Positions 53,500 to 62,900 are shown, counted from the stretch's first letter. The stretch is 64,000 bases of DNA from Patescibacteria group bacterium (GCA_028715115.1 JAQUSN010000001.1:191067-255066), one strand, 5' to 3'. Notes: a model not told the origin generated them from the sequence alone. Program-made: numbers and translations.

Positions 53500-54750
53500 A
53501 TGATTGTTCTCTCTTTGGTTTTAGCTGCAGTATTTTTATTAGCTACAATCCGCTGGCCCAGAGTCGCTCTTTTTTCGTTGCTTTTATTTTTACCGGCCTA
53601 TCAAATTAGGGTTGATTTTTTGGGTTTACCCACTACTGCCTTAGAGGTAATGATTTTGGCGTTTTATTTTGGCGTATTGATTGGTAATTTTAAAACATTC
53701 GGACAAATCAAAAAAATTTTTAGCGGTTGGTTGTGGGTGATTCCGGCTTGGCTCGGAGTTGGTTTTATCGCCGCTTTGGTTTCGCCTAATTTTACTCTTG
53801 GTCTGGGACATTGGCGGGCTTATTTTGTCGGACCGATTTTAGTTTTAATGGCTGTCGTTATTTTAATTCGGCGAGACGAAAAGTTAAAAGAATTAATTAT
53901 TCCGACCTTGGCTTTTTCGGCCTTGATTTGCGCTCTCTGGGCCGTGGCCCAGAAATTTTTCGGCGGCGGAGTAATGAGCACCGAAGTTTGGGGTGCGGCG
54001 AAAGTTTGGCGCGCGACCGGGCCGTTTCCGCAACCTAATTTTTTGGGATTATATTTAGCGCCCATTGCGGTTCTGGCTTTCGGGCAATTCATTATTTTAG
54101 TAAAAAAAATTGATAAAAAAATAATTTTTTATCTCGCGGTTTATGTTTTTTCTATCATCGCTCTACTCTTGGCTCGCAGTGAAGGCGGCCTCTTAGCCCT
54201 AGTCTTTGGTACGATTTTTTTATTAATACTTTATCGGCCCAGCAGAAGGGCGACGATAATTATTTTGATAATTTTATTTATTTTACTTGCTTTAATCCCA
54301 ACCTCTCGCCAGTATTTCGTTCAAAAAGCTTCGTTTAACGGCTTGTCAGAACAACTACGTTTAAATATTTGGCATGGCGCTGCCGATTTAATTAAAGCGC
54401 ATCCAATTTTTGGCGTTGGTTTGCGTGGTTATCAGCAATTAATTTCTCATTATCAAAAGCCGTATTATCAACCCGGGACCGATAAGGTTATTTCCGTTGA
54501 GACTCATCCTTATCCGCATAATTTATTTTTAGCGCTGTGGGCTGAAGCCGGCCTCTTGGGACTTATTGTTTTTTCGTTGATTGTTATTAAATTTTTCATT
54601 CAGGGTTTTAAGAAAAAATCAGTCTTTCATTTGACGCTTTTAGCGGCAATGTCGGCAATAATTATTCATGGCCTGGTTGACACTCCTTATTTTAAAAATG
54701 ATTTATCAGTTTTATTTTGGTTTTTAATCTCAATGATGATTTGTTTCTAA
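53500..54750 (+). CDS. O-antigen ligase-like (Wzy_C domain) polytopic membrane protein
   Basis: 416 aa, about 11 TM with a central periplasmic loop containing conserved Arg/His (…ARSEGGLLAL…). The mRNA is leaderless-like (TGcTAAAAT 6 nt before the ATG). Confidence 0.45.
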   Translation: MIVLSLVLAAVFLLATIRWPRVALFSLLLFLPAYQIRVDFLGLPTTALEVMILAFYFGVLIGNFKTFGQIKKIFSGWLWVIPAWLGVGFIAALVSPNFTLGLGHWRAYFVGPILVLMAVVILIRRDEKLKELIIPTLAFSALICALWAVAQKFFGGGVMSTEVWGAAKVWRATGPFPQPNFLGLYLAPIAVLAFGQFIILVKKIDKKIIFYLAVYVFSIIALLLARSEGGLLALVFGTIFLLILYRPSRRATIIILIILFILLALIPTSRQYFVQKASFNGLSEQLRLNIWHGAADLIKAHPIFGVGLRGYQQLISHYQKPYYQPGTDKVISVETHPYPHNLFLALWAEAGLLGLIVFSLIVIKFFIQGFKKKSVFHLTLLAAMSAIIIHGLVDTPYFKNDLSVLFWFLISMMICF

Positions 54751-54813
54751 AAACAAAGACCTCTGCTCGGGGATAAAACCCAAGACAGAGGTGGGGGTCA
54801 AGGAGTCGGGGAA

Positions 54814-55020
54814 CTATGCAGCACTCAGCCTTTCGCGCAGTTCGTCGGCTTTGGATTTGAACCACTTCGACCCTGTTAGCCAGGCCAGTGCCGCCAGGAT
54901 TGCCCACCAGAGGTATGCGGCGATGACTACGACCAGGCTGAGAACCATGACCATGAGGAATACTACAAGGAACGATGACCATGGCGTTGTTCGCTGCTGT
55001 GTGCGATAGGTTGTTGTCAT
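54814..55020 (-). CDS. GC-rich islet G: 68-aa single/double-TM membrane peptide
   Basis: ATGGAGGctacATG start at 55020. Promoter TTGACA-16-TATAAT at 55049-55076 on the minus strand. Terminator about 54760-54800. Confidence 0.5.
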   Translation of the reverse strand: MTTTYRTQQRTTPWSSFLVVFLMVMVLSLVVVIAAYLWWAILAALAWLTGSKWFKSKADELRERLSAA

Positions 55021-55183
55021 GTAGCCTCCATTACTTTACATTTTTATAATTATACATTTTTAAGCCTTATTGTCAAGATTGTCTTATCCGCCAGCTGGCG
55101 GACTATAGGGTGGCTGAGTGCCTGTCCGCCAACCGGCGGAGTCGAAGCTGTTTTATAACAAAATGAAGTGACCTTACTAGGGC

Positions 55184-55270
55184 GGAGGGGTGCTAGAGTG
55201 GACGAATAGGTCGGTCTCGAAAACCGATATACCTGCAAAGGTATCGCGAGTTCGAATCTCGCCCCCTCCG
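55184..55270 (+). tRNA. tRNA-Ser (anticodon CGA)
   Basis: GGAGGGG-TG-CTAGAGTGGACGAATAG-G-TCGGT-CTCGAAA-ACCGA, long variable arm TATACCTGCAAAGGTATC, then GCGAGTTCGAATCTCGC CCCCTCC-G. Confidence 0.85.
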
Positions 55271-55285
55271 TTTTGGTAGGGTTTT

Positions 55286-55440
55286 CCGCGTCATTTGATG
55301 CGGCACCCTATTGGTCGCGAGTTCTGAGCCCTAGGCTCATCTCAGCCCAAGGCTGATGAGCCTAGGGCTCACGCCTCGGGCGGAGAATCCCTGCCTACCG
55401 CCTGCCTAACGGCAGTCAGGGCAGGCAGGTCGCCCCCACC
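55286..55440. repeat. GC-rich block of nested palindromes downstream of tRNA-Ser (about 20-bp near-perfect hairpin at 55325-55371 plus CTGCC/GGCAGG repeats)
   Basis: tgagccctaggctcatc / gatgagcctagggctca gives 17-bp perfect arms around tcagcccaaggct. This is followed by ccctgcctaccgcctgcctaacggcagtcagggcaggcagg. Confidence 0.5.
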
Positions 55441-55451
55441 GCCAGAAAATT

Positions 55452-56465
55452 ATGAGTAAAAAAATAAAATTCAATTTACCCCTAGTTAATACGCATGGCC
55501 ATGCGGCTATGCTTGCTTTTCGGGGAATGGCAGAAGACGTGCCTTTAGATGTTTGGTTAAATAATTATATTTGGCCGGCGGAAAAAAACATCACGCCTCA
55601 ATTTATTTATAAATATACGGACTTAGCTATTAAAGAAATGAAGAGCAACGGCATTAAATTATTCTGTGATATGTATTTTTTTGCCGAAGAAGTGGCTCGC
55701 GCGGCAGAAAAAAATAAAATGCCGGCGGTTATCGGCGAAGGAATTTTAGATTTTCCCACCCCCAGCGCCAAAACAGCGGAAGAGGCGTTGCTGAAAACAG
55801 AAAAGCTATTACAGCAGTATAAAAATCATTCTTTTATTAAAGTCTCCGTGGCGCCGCACTCGATTTATACGGTTAGCAAGGACAACCTACTTAAGGCTAA
55901 AGAATTGGCAAAAAAATACAACGCTTTATATCAGATTCATTGCGCTGAAACAAAAAAAGAAGTTGATGAATGTTTGGTAAAAAATAATTTGACCCCTGTC
56001 GCTTATTTAGATAAACTTGGTGTGTTAGATGATAAGACGCTTTTAGCACATTGTGTTTGGCTGACCGATGAAGATATAGAGATTATTGCCAAGCGAAAGG
56101 CGAAGGTGTCTCATTGTCCTTTAAGTAATTTAAAACTTGGTTCTGGCATTGCTTCAGTTAATAAAATGTTAGCTAGGGGCATCGCGGTGTCGCTAGGAAC
56201 TGATGGAGCGGCTAGTTCTAATCGTTTAGATGTTTGGGAGGCAGGAAAGTATACGGTGTTGTTACAAAAGGGCATTAATTATGATCCGGCAATTCTTACC
56301 GCTCGGCAAGCCATAGAAATGATGACCATAAACGGATTAAAATCCTTGGGCTTTGATGTTTTTTTAAATAAAACCATTGAATCTTGGCAACAAAAAATTA
56401 AAGAAAACAAAGATTATAGCTTTTTATATGATCGTCAGGTTAATGAATTGAATTTTGAGATTTAA
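55452..56465 (+). CDS. Amidohydrolase-superfamily nucleoside deaminase (MTA/SAH deaminase or guanine/cytosine deaminase-like)
   Basis: Metal ligands NTHGHAAM (HxH), HCAE, HCV.L, and LGTDGAASSN. Confidence 0.6.
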   Translation: MSKKIKFNLPLVNTHGHAAMLAFRGMAEDVPLDVWLNNYIWPAEKNITPQFIYKYTDLAIKEMKSNGIKLFCDMYFFAEEVARAAEKNKMPAVIGEGILDFPTPSAKTAEEALLKTEKLLQQYKNHSFIKVSVAPHSIYTVSKDNLLKAKELAKKYNALYQIHCAETKKEVDECLVKNNLTPVAYLDKLGVLDDKTLLAHCVWLTDEDIEIIAKRKAKVSHCPLSNLKLGSGIASVNKMLARGIAVSLGTDGAASSNRLDVWEAGKYTVLLQKGINYDPAILTARQAIEMMTINGLKSLGFDVFLNKTIESWQQKIKENKDYSFLYDRQVNELNFEI

Positions 56466-56556
56466 GCCAGATTCTTTGTCCATATCATATTTATTATAAA
56501 ATAAAGCCTAAAATGGGTCGAAATTAGGGCACTGGTAAGGTTGTTGTGGTTGGGGG

Positions 56557-56584
56557 TTGACAAATTATTACATTAGTGTATAAT
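56557..56584 (+). promoter_or_regulatory. Promoter of the RRM-protein gene (TTGACA-16-TATAAT)
   Basis: gggggTTGACAaattattacattagtgTATAATtaaaat. Confidence 0.6.
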
Positions 56585-56680
56585 TAAAATATTGTAAGTG
56601 TTCTCAGTTGACAAGTTATTTAATCATAATCATCAACGAGATAGGTCGTCTTACAATGTTAATTTCATTATCTTATTCAT

Positions 56681-56990
56681 TATGGCTAAGAAGTTATATG
56701 TCGGCGGTATTCCTTATAGTACTACCGATGACGGATTGAAAGACACTTTTTCTCGTGCCGGTAAAGTTGAATCAGCTACTGTGGTCATGGATCGCATGAC
56801 CGGTCGCTCTCGAGGTTTCGCCTTCGTAGAAATGTCTACGGACGAAGAAGCTAAGGCTGCTGTTGAAATGTTCAATGGCAAAGATTTCGAGGGTCGAACC
56901 ATCACTGTCAATGAAGCGAGACCGATGGGCGAACGCCCTCCTCGCCGCATGGGCGGATTCAACCGCAACCAGGGCTTTGATAACAACTAG
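56681..56990 (+). CDS. RNA-binding protein with a single RRM domain and Arg/Gly-rich tail
   Basis: RNP-2 KLYVGGI and RNP-1 RGFAFVEM. The track ORF from 56598 includes an unlikely N-terminal extension; the ATG at 56681 follows the TSS. Confidence 0.8.
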
Positions 56991-57064
56991 TTGTTAGTCA
57001 AACATTAAAAGCAGAAGTTTCGACTCCTGCTTTTAATTTATCTTAAAAATGTTAGAATTAATTC

Positions 57065-57682
57065 ATGCGCATTACCGAAATTAAAAAACAAAAAAGAGGC
57101 AATCGAGCCAATGTTTATTTAGATGGGCGCTTTGGTTTTGGGGCAACTGCCAACGCCTTGGTTGATTTTGATCTTTTTGTTAATAAAGAATTAAGTCAGT
57201 CGGAAGTAAACGTAATAATAAAAAAAGATCAGGCTGCCAAGGCCATGCAAAAGTGTTTTTTGTGGCTGGGAATTAGACCTCGCAGCGAAAAAGAGTTAAG
57301 AGATAAATTAAAAGAAAAAAAGTTTGACCCACAAATTGTTAATCAAACCATAAAACAAATTGAAGAATTGGGTTATTTGAACGATAAAGAATTTACCAGA
57401 ATGTTTATTGAGATGAAAAAGAGCAAGGGCAAGATTTTTATTCAGCAGGAATTGCGCCGCAAGGGAATAGAGCAAAAAATAATCAAAGATGCCCTGGAAA
57501 ATTATTATCCCCTTGAAGAAGAAATAGAATCGGCCCTGCGTTTGGCCGAAAGAAAAATAAAATCTTACAAAAACTTACCGAATTATAAAATTAAACAAAA
57601 ATTAGCTCAATATTTGGCCGGACGCGGTTTTAATTGGGGAGTTGTTAGCCAAGTTTTCGAAAAATTAAAATCATCGCGCTAG
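57065..57682 (+). CDS. recX: Regulatory protein RecX
   Basis: 205 aa with a three-repeat helical RecX pattern. Confidence 0.55.
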   Translation: MRITEIKKQKRGNRANVYLDGRFGFGATANALVDFDLFVNKELSQSEVNVIIKKDQAAKAMQKCFLWLGIRPRSEKELRDKLKEKKFDPQIVNQTIKQIEELGYLNDKEFTRMFIEMKKSKGKIFIQQELRRKGIEQKIIKDALENYYPLEEEIESALRLAERKIKSYKNLPNYKIKQKLAQYLAGRGFNWGVVSQVFEKLKSSR

Positions 57683-57730
57683 CCAGCCTTTCTTTATTTT
57701 TTAAATTTGTTATAATTTTATTATAAATAT

Positions 57731-57803
57731 GGCCTGGTAGCCAAGTAGTAAGGCAACAGTCTGCAAAACTGTTATACAGGGGTGCAAATCCCCTCCAGGC
57801 CTA
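57731..57803 (+). tRNA. tRNA-Cys (anticodon GCA)
   Basis: GGCCTGG-TA-GCC...GGC-A-ACAGT-CTGCAAA-ACTGT-TATAC-AGGGGTGCAAATCCCCT-CCAGGCC-T. Confidence 0.8.
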
Positions 57804-58041
57804 AAATTAAAAATTGTTTCTTGCAAACACTTTTTTTTATTCTAAAAAATGATAGAATTGGCTTATGCCAGTTGGTAGAAGTTTGGCATTACTTGAGCTT
57901 ATCTATAATTAAGGATTATTAACACTTTCTAATCGCATTTTAGTTAAATTAAGATGCCAGATTATCTAATTAATTTTTGATAATATATATTCTAATTAAA
58001 TTATAATCAATTCACGCGATGTCTAATATGTTGGCATCTTT

Positions 58042-58995
58042 GTGAAGTTATTGTTACTGGGGATGGATAAATTTATTGTCATCGATGGGCCAGCAGTCAT
58101 ACACCGCGCTTGGCATGCTCTGCCGAAATTAACCGATCCTCGGGGTCGTTCGGTTTCGGCTGTTTACGGCTTCATTTCTTTATTATTAAAATTAATTAGA
58201 GAGCAGCAGCCAAAATATATAGCCGTGGCCTTTGATACTAAGGCGCTAACGTTCCGCCACGAAGCTTATAAAGAATATAAAGAAGGGCGAGTCAAGCAAC
58301 CACAGGAATTTTATGATCAGTTTGCTATCATTAAAGAACTCCTGAATGCTTTTGGCATAAAATTTGTCGAGCAGCCGGGCTTTGAGGCAGATGATTTGAT
58401 CGGCACTTTAGTTGATAAATCAGACAAAGAAAACCTTATCGTTACTGGCGATCTCGACACCTTGCAATTGGTTAATTCGCAGACAAAAGTTTATTTTTTA
58501 CATAAAGGAATTTCCGACATAAAAATCTACGACCAAGAGGCGATTGAACAGCGCTATGGTTTAACGCCTCGGCAGTTAATAGACTTTAAGGCCATGCGTG
58601 GCGATCCTTCAGACAATATCGGCGGCATTAAGGGGATTGGAGAAAAAACCGCGCTAGTTTTATTACAAAAATTCGGTAGCTTAGAGAAAATTTATGAATA
58701 CTTAGAAACTTGTCAGAAAGATTGCGAAATTCGTGATTCGGTTAAAGACCTTTTAATTGAGCAAAAAGATAAAGCATTTTTTGATAAAAATTTAGTAACT
58801 ATTAAAAAAGATATGGCTGGCTATGAAGATTTAGAGCAATATAATCTCGAGCCAATGAACAAAGAAAAAATCACAGAAGTTTTAAGTCAGTTGGGCTTTA
58901 GCTCCTTAATTAAGCGCCTAGATAGTCCGCCAAAGGCGGTTAAAAAAACAAAAGAAACGCCGTCTTCGCGGCAGAGCAGCCTTTTCGATAAATAA
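58042..58995 (+). CDS. 5'-3' exonuclease (stand-alone Pol I N-terminal/FEN-like nuclease)
   Basis: PIN-like N-domain with acidic clusters and an H3TH motif GIKGIGEKTALVLLQKFGSLE. The likely start is MDKFIVIDG at 58063. Confidence 0.75.
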   Translation: MKLLLLGMDKFIVIDGPAVIHRAWHALPKLTDPRGRSVSAVYGFISLLLKLIREQQPKYIAVAFDTKALTFRHEAYKEYKEGRVKQPQEFYDQFAIIKELLNAFGIKFVEQPGFEADDLIGTLVDKSDKENLIVTGDLDTLQLVNSQTKVYFLHKGISDIKIYDQEAIEQRYGLTPRQLIDFKAMRGDPSDNIGGIKGIGEKTALVLLQKFGSLEKIYEYLETCQKDCEIRDSVKDLLIEQKDKAFFDKNLVTIKKDMAGYEDLEQYNLEPMNKEKITEVLSQLGFSSLIKRLDSPPKAVKKTKETPSSRQSSLFDK

Positions 58996-59007
58996 ATTAT
59001 CATCGAA

Positions 59008-59979
59008 ATGAAAATCATTCTTTACGGACCGGACACGTATCGCTCAAAACTAAAATTGGCTTATTGGCAGAGCGTTTTTGTGGCTAAAAAAGATCCGACT
59101 GGAGTTAATATGTCTATAATTGACGCTGGTCTTTTGGACGTAAATTCTTTTCGCAAATTGGTTTTATCTTCTGGTCTATTTTCTGATAAACGTCTAGTGA
59201 TTATTAATAAATTTTTTCAGAGAAACAAAGAAGAAGGGCTAGACGAAGAGGTTTTGGAATTTTTAAAGCGCTCGGGCAGAGATGAAAAAAATGATAATTC
59301 TTTGATATTTTTTGACGAAGAAGTTAAGGAGGGTAAAATGTCCAAGACCAAAAAACAGATTCTGGCTTATTTGCTTAAGCAAAAATATAGTCAAGAATTT
59401 CCACTCTTAAGCAAAGGAGACCTATCTGCTTGGGTGCAAAAACAGCTTTTAGCCCAACGCAAAAAAATAGAGCCAGCTGCGATTTCCTATTTAGTTAAAG
59501 AGGTCGGACCTGATTTATGGCGCTTAACCAACGAAATTAATAAATTAATTGCCAGTCCAGAGAAAATCGTTGTCCTGGACTTAGTTAAAAAATTTGTTCC
59601 GCCACAACCGGAAGAGGAGATTTGGCCCCTAGTTGACGCCCTGGGAGATAAAAATAAAATTAAAGCCTTGAAATTATTGCGCGACCAGTTGGATATTGGT
59701 AATGATGTTTTTTCTATTTTTGGTATGCTGGTTCGCCAGTATCGGATACTTATATTGGCACGTGAAGCAATTGATCAAGAAGGGTTCGTTAATGGGTTTG
59801 CATTGGCCAAGCGGTTAGGTCTTCATCCCTTTGTTTGCCAAAAGGCCATTCGTCAGATTAAAAACTACAATTTAATTGAACTTAAAAAAATATATCAGCA
59901 ACTTTTACAGATTGATTTAAAAACAAAAACATCTCCGGTTGACCCAGAGACGTTATTGGACTTATTGATAATTAAGTAA
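59008..59979 (+). CDS. holA: DNA polymerase III delta subunit
   Basis: 323 aa. The N-terminal clamp-loader delta-like domain order is weakly recognisable. Confidence 0.45.
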   Translation: MKIILYGPDTYRSKLKLAYWQSVFVAKKDPTGVNMSIIDAGLLDVNSFRKLVLSSGLFSDKRLVIINKFFQRNKEEGLDEEVLEFLKRSGRDEKNDNSLIFFDEEVKEGKMSKTKKQILAYLLKQKYSQEFPLLSKGDLSAWVQKQLLAQRKKIEPAAISYLVKEVGPDLWRLTNEINKLIASPEKIVVLDLVKKFVPPQPEEEIWPLVDALGDKNKIKALKLLRDQLDIGNDVFSIFGMLVRQYRILILAREAIDQEGFVNGFALAKRLGLHPFVCQKAIRQIKNYNLIELKKIYQQLLQIDLKTKTSPVDPETLLDLLIIK

Positions 59980-60237
59980 TTATTTTGTTTTCATTCTTTT
60001 GGCTAGACGAGATTTTTTGCGACTAGCATTATTTTTTTTGATCAAATTGACTTTGACTGCCTTATCTAAAGATTTTTGTAATTGAATATAAATTTTCTTG
60101 GCTTCGTTTTTGTCTTTAACTAAAGTTTTAAGGAATTTTTTTTCCAAATAATTTAAATTGGCCTTAAGGGCCTTATTATGTAGAGTTCTGGTTTTGGTCT
60201 TTCTTAATTCTTTAATAGCTGATTTTGTTTGAGCCAT
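59980..60237 (-). CDS. rpsT: 30S ribosomal protein S20
   Basis: MAQTKSAIKELRKTKTRTLHNKALKANL... basic helical S20 signature. Confidence 0.85.
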   Translation of the reverse strand: MAQTKSAIKELRKTKTRTLHNKALKANLNYLEKKFLKTLVKDKNEAKKIYIQLQKSLDKAVKVNLIKKNNASRKKSRLAKRMKTK

Positions 60238-60249
60238 TTTATTTTGTTT

Positions 60250-60552
60250 TTAGAAGTTATTTTTATCCTTGTCTTCATAAAGGTCTGCTTCATGCTGGAG
60301 CATTTCTTCTTCTGCGGCAATTAGTTTGTCCCAACGATCGCGACCGTTGATTAATATATTGACTTTAGCTTTAAAATTTTCTTCAAAGGATTCAAGTCGT
60401 TTCGGATCTTTTTGGAAAACCTCTAATAATTCTTGGAGAGCTTCTTCTGGAATAACTGGTAAAAAAAGTAAAAGATCATTTTGATCTTCTGGTGAAATTG
60501 ACGATTGAGCAACCAGTTGCGATAGTTTATCCAAGATGACAGACATAATCAA
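60250..60552 (-). CDS. Hypothetical acidic protein
   Basis: 100-aa ORF immediately downstream of rpsT on the minus strand. Confidence 0.4.
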   Translation of the reverse strand: MIMSVILDKLSQLVAQSSISPEDQNDLLLFLPVIPEEALQELLEVFQKDPKRLESFEENFKAKVNILINGRDRWDKLIAAEEEMLQHEADLYEDKDKNNF

Positions 60553-60573
60553 GGAAGAGAAAATTAATCTATT

Positions 60574-60754
60574 TTTAGAAGTTTATATCTTTAGACCATT
60601 CTTGGGCCACGGTTTGTCCATATCTTCTGTATAAAGCTCTGATTCCCGACCACTTTATTTCTGTTGGGGTGGTGCCTCGTTCGGCGCTAACAATTTGGCC
60701 GATTCGTTGGTCAAGACCTTCTCTTCCTCCTTCTTGTTCAAATGGTTTTTCCAT
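60574..60754 (-). CDS. Candidate 59-aa small protein (below the ORF-track cutoff)
   Basis: GGAGGccgaaaaactATG opening MEKPFEQEGGREGLDQRIGQIVSAERGTTPTEIKWSGIRALYRRYGQTVAQEWSKDINF. Coordinates are approximate to within 1 nt. Confidence 0.3.
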
Positions 60755-60898
60755 AGTTTTTCGGCCTCCGTTAATTTATTAATAAATATATTATACACTA
60801 ATTTAAAAATTAGTCAAGGGTTCGACCTTGTGGAAATCTAATTTTATTATATACTAAAAAGTATTAAAGTTAAATTTTAAAAGGGGATAAAAATAAGT

Positions 60899-61468
60899 AT
60901 GATTTATTATATTGAAGGCCAGGTCAAACAAAAAGGCGATAATTATCTGGTTATTGATAGCGGTAGTTTGGGCTATCAAATTTTTGTTAATGATTTTTTA
61001 CTAAATAAAGCTAAATTAAATGAATTGATCAAGATTTTTACGCATTTTCACGTTTACGAAGAAACCCTTCAATTATACGGCTTTGAAACAGAAGAAGAGC
61101 TATCTTTCTTTAAAAAATTAAACAATATTCCCAATATCGGCCCTAAGTCGGCCAACAATATTTTATCGGCGATTAAATTATCTGATTTAAAGCGAGCAAT
61201 TATTAATGAAGACATGGAAGCGTTAAATAAGGTTTCCGGTATCGGTAAAAAAACCGCCGAAAGAATTATTATTGAATTAAAAGATAAAATTAATGACGTG
61301 ACCTCTTCTACTGCGACCGGAAAAGACGACAGCGATGTCATTGATGGACTGATAAGCCTGGGATACACGCTGAAAGATTCTCGCGTGGCGATTAAAAAAA
61401 TTCCGGAAAGCGTCAAGGGCGCTAACGAACGGCTTAAACAAGCGCTTAAAATTTTATCTGGTAAATAA
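60899..61468 (+). CDS. ruvA: Holliday junction branch migration complex subunit RuvA
   Basis: MIYYIEGQV...LVIDSGSLGYQIFV OB domain, HhH motifs (IPNIGPKSA..., GIGKKTAERII), and C-terminal domain III. Confidence 0.85.
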   Translation: MIYYIEGQVKQKGDNYLVIDSGSLGYQIFVNDFLLNKAKLNELIKIFTHFHVYEETLQLYGFETEEELSFFKKLNNIPNIGPKSANNILSAIKLSDLKRAIINEDMEALNKVSGIGKKTAERIIIELKDKINDVTSSTATGKDDSDVIDGLISLGYTLKDSRVAIKKIPESVKGANERLKQALKILSGK

Positions 61469-61478
61469 CAAATAATTT

Positions 61479-62312
61479 ATGAAAGCAGTCGTAGCTTTAG
61501 CCGGTTTTGGTACTCGGCTTTTGCCATTAACCAAGGCGCAACCCAAGGCGATGTTAAGCGTGGCCGATCGGCCACTCGTTCATTATATTGTCGAAGAAAT
61601 AGTTAATAGCGGTATTAAAGAAATTATTTTTATCATTAATCGCCGCGATAATTCGATAAAGCGCTATTTCGCTCGTGATAAAAATTTGGAAAAAGTTTTA
61701 AAAAGTACCGGCAAAGATGAATTAGCCCGACAGTTAAAAAAGATTTCTAAAATGGCTAAATTTCATTTTGTTTACCAACCGAAACCACTGGGAACCGGTG
61801 ACGCGATTTTAATGGTTAAACGACTGATTGGCAATAAACACTTTGCCCTTTTATACGGCGATGATTTAATTGATTGTGTTACGCCGTGTTTAAAACAATT
61901 AGTTAATGTATATAAAAAATATCGCGGTTCAGTGATTGCTGTTAGAAAAGTGCCGCACAGAGATGTTTATCGCTGGGGCATTATTGATGGCAAAAAGATT
62001 GGTGACAGAAATTATCGTTTGAGCAATATTATTGAAAAACCCAAAATAGAAGAAGCGCCGACCAATCTCTCGATTATTGGCCGCTATATTCTTTCGCCAC
62101 AAATTTTTAAAAATTTATCTTTACTTAAACGCCGACAATCGTTTACCACCGGCAAGAAAGAGCTTTACGTGACCGATGGCATTAAAATGCTTTTAGATCA
62201 TAGGTGTCCAGTTTATGCTTGTGAATTTAAGGGTCAACGCTTTGATGGAGGTAGCCACAAAGGATTAGTTGAGGCCACTATTTTCTATAGCCGCAAACAT
62301 AATATTATTTAA
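61479..62312 (+). CDS. Sugar-1-phosphate nucleotidyltransferase (UTP--glucose-1-phosphate uridylyltransferase-like)
   Basis: N-terminal ALAGFGTRLLPLTKAQPKAML signature of GalU/RmlA-type nucleotidyltransferases. Confidence 0.7.
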   Translation: MKAVVALAGFGTRLLPLTKAQPKAMLSVADRPLVHYIVEEIVNSGIKEIIFIINRRDNSIKRYFARDKNLEKVLKSTGKDELARQLKKISKMAKFHFVYQPKPLGTGDAILMVKRLIGNKHFALLYGDDLIDCVTPCLKQLVNVYKKYRGSVIAVRKVPHRDVYRWGIIDGKKIGDRNYRLSNIIEKPKIEEAPTNLSIIGRYILSPQIFKNLSLLKRRQSFTTGKKELYVTDGIKMLLDHRCPVYACEFKGQRFDGGSHKGLVEATIFYSRKHNII

Positions 62313-62333
62313 TTTGTTATACATAAAAAAATC

Positions 62334-62900
62334 ATGAAAAAAAAGAGTAAAAATTTTTGGGGTCAGATAACTAATTTAGATGGCAATGAACTAGAGAAAA
62401 GCAGTGAAAAAGTAGAAATTTCTACTGAATCAGCGCCTATTAAGGAAAAAATAAAAGCATTAAAAGAGACGGTAATTGAGTCAGAAGCTAAACAAGAAAA
62501 GCCAAAAAATAAAATTAAAAAAGAAATAATTAAAAAAGAGGAGCTGGAAGAGCAGTGGCTGCCGGAAGGAGACGAAATAACTGGGCAATTGTCGGTTGAT
62601 CTTTATGATGGCGGCGACTCATTGATTGTTGAATCAACCATTGCCGGAGTCAAACCGGAAGATATTGATATAAGCGTGGAGCCGGATTTAATCACCATTC
62701 GCGGCAGCAGAAAAAGAGACAAGCAGATTAATAAGAAGAATTATTTTTATCAAGAGTGTTTTTGGGGTGGCTTCTCGCGAACTATGGTTTTACCGACGCC
62801 GGTCAAGCCTGACGGAGTAAGGGCTAATATTAAAAATGGCATTTTAACTGTGATTTTGCCCAAAGCCCAAGAAAAACCAACCAACATAAAGGTAAAATAA
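62334..62900 (+). CDS. Hsp20/alpha-crystallin small heat-shock protein with Lys/Glu-rich N-terminal extension
   Basis: C-terminal alpha-crystallin domain (…DLYDGGDSLIVESTIAGVKPEDIDISVE...FSRTMVLP...NGILTVILPK). Confidence 0.8.
   Translation: MKKKSKNFWGQITNLDGNELEKSSEKVEISTESAPIKEKIKALKETVIESEAKQEKPKNKIKKEIIKKEELEEQWLPEGDEITGQLSVDLYDGGDSLIVESTIAGVKPEDIDISVEPDLITIRGSRKRDKQINKKNYFYQECFWGGFSRTMVLPTPVKPDGVRANIKNGILTVILPKAQEKPTNIKVK

Noticed and set aside
18565-55033. Recurring ATGGAGG at islet gene starts (18565, 28777, 33815, 49931 region, 55031) as a special signal
   Set aside because: Most parsimonious reading: GGAGG is simply the SD, and the preceding AT gives a spurious upstream ATG that the ORF track picked. 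Native genes also use GGAGG. It is kept only as a start-site correction.
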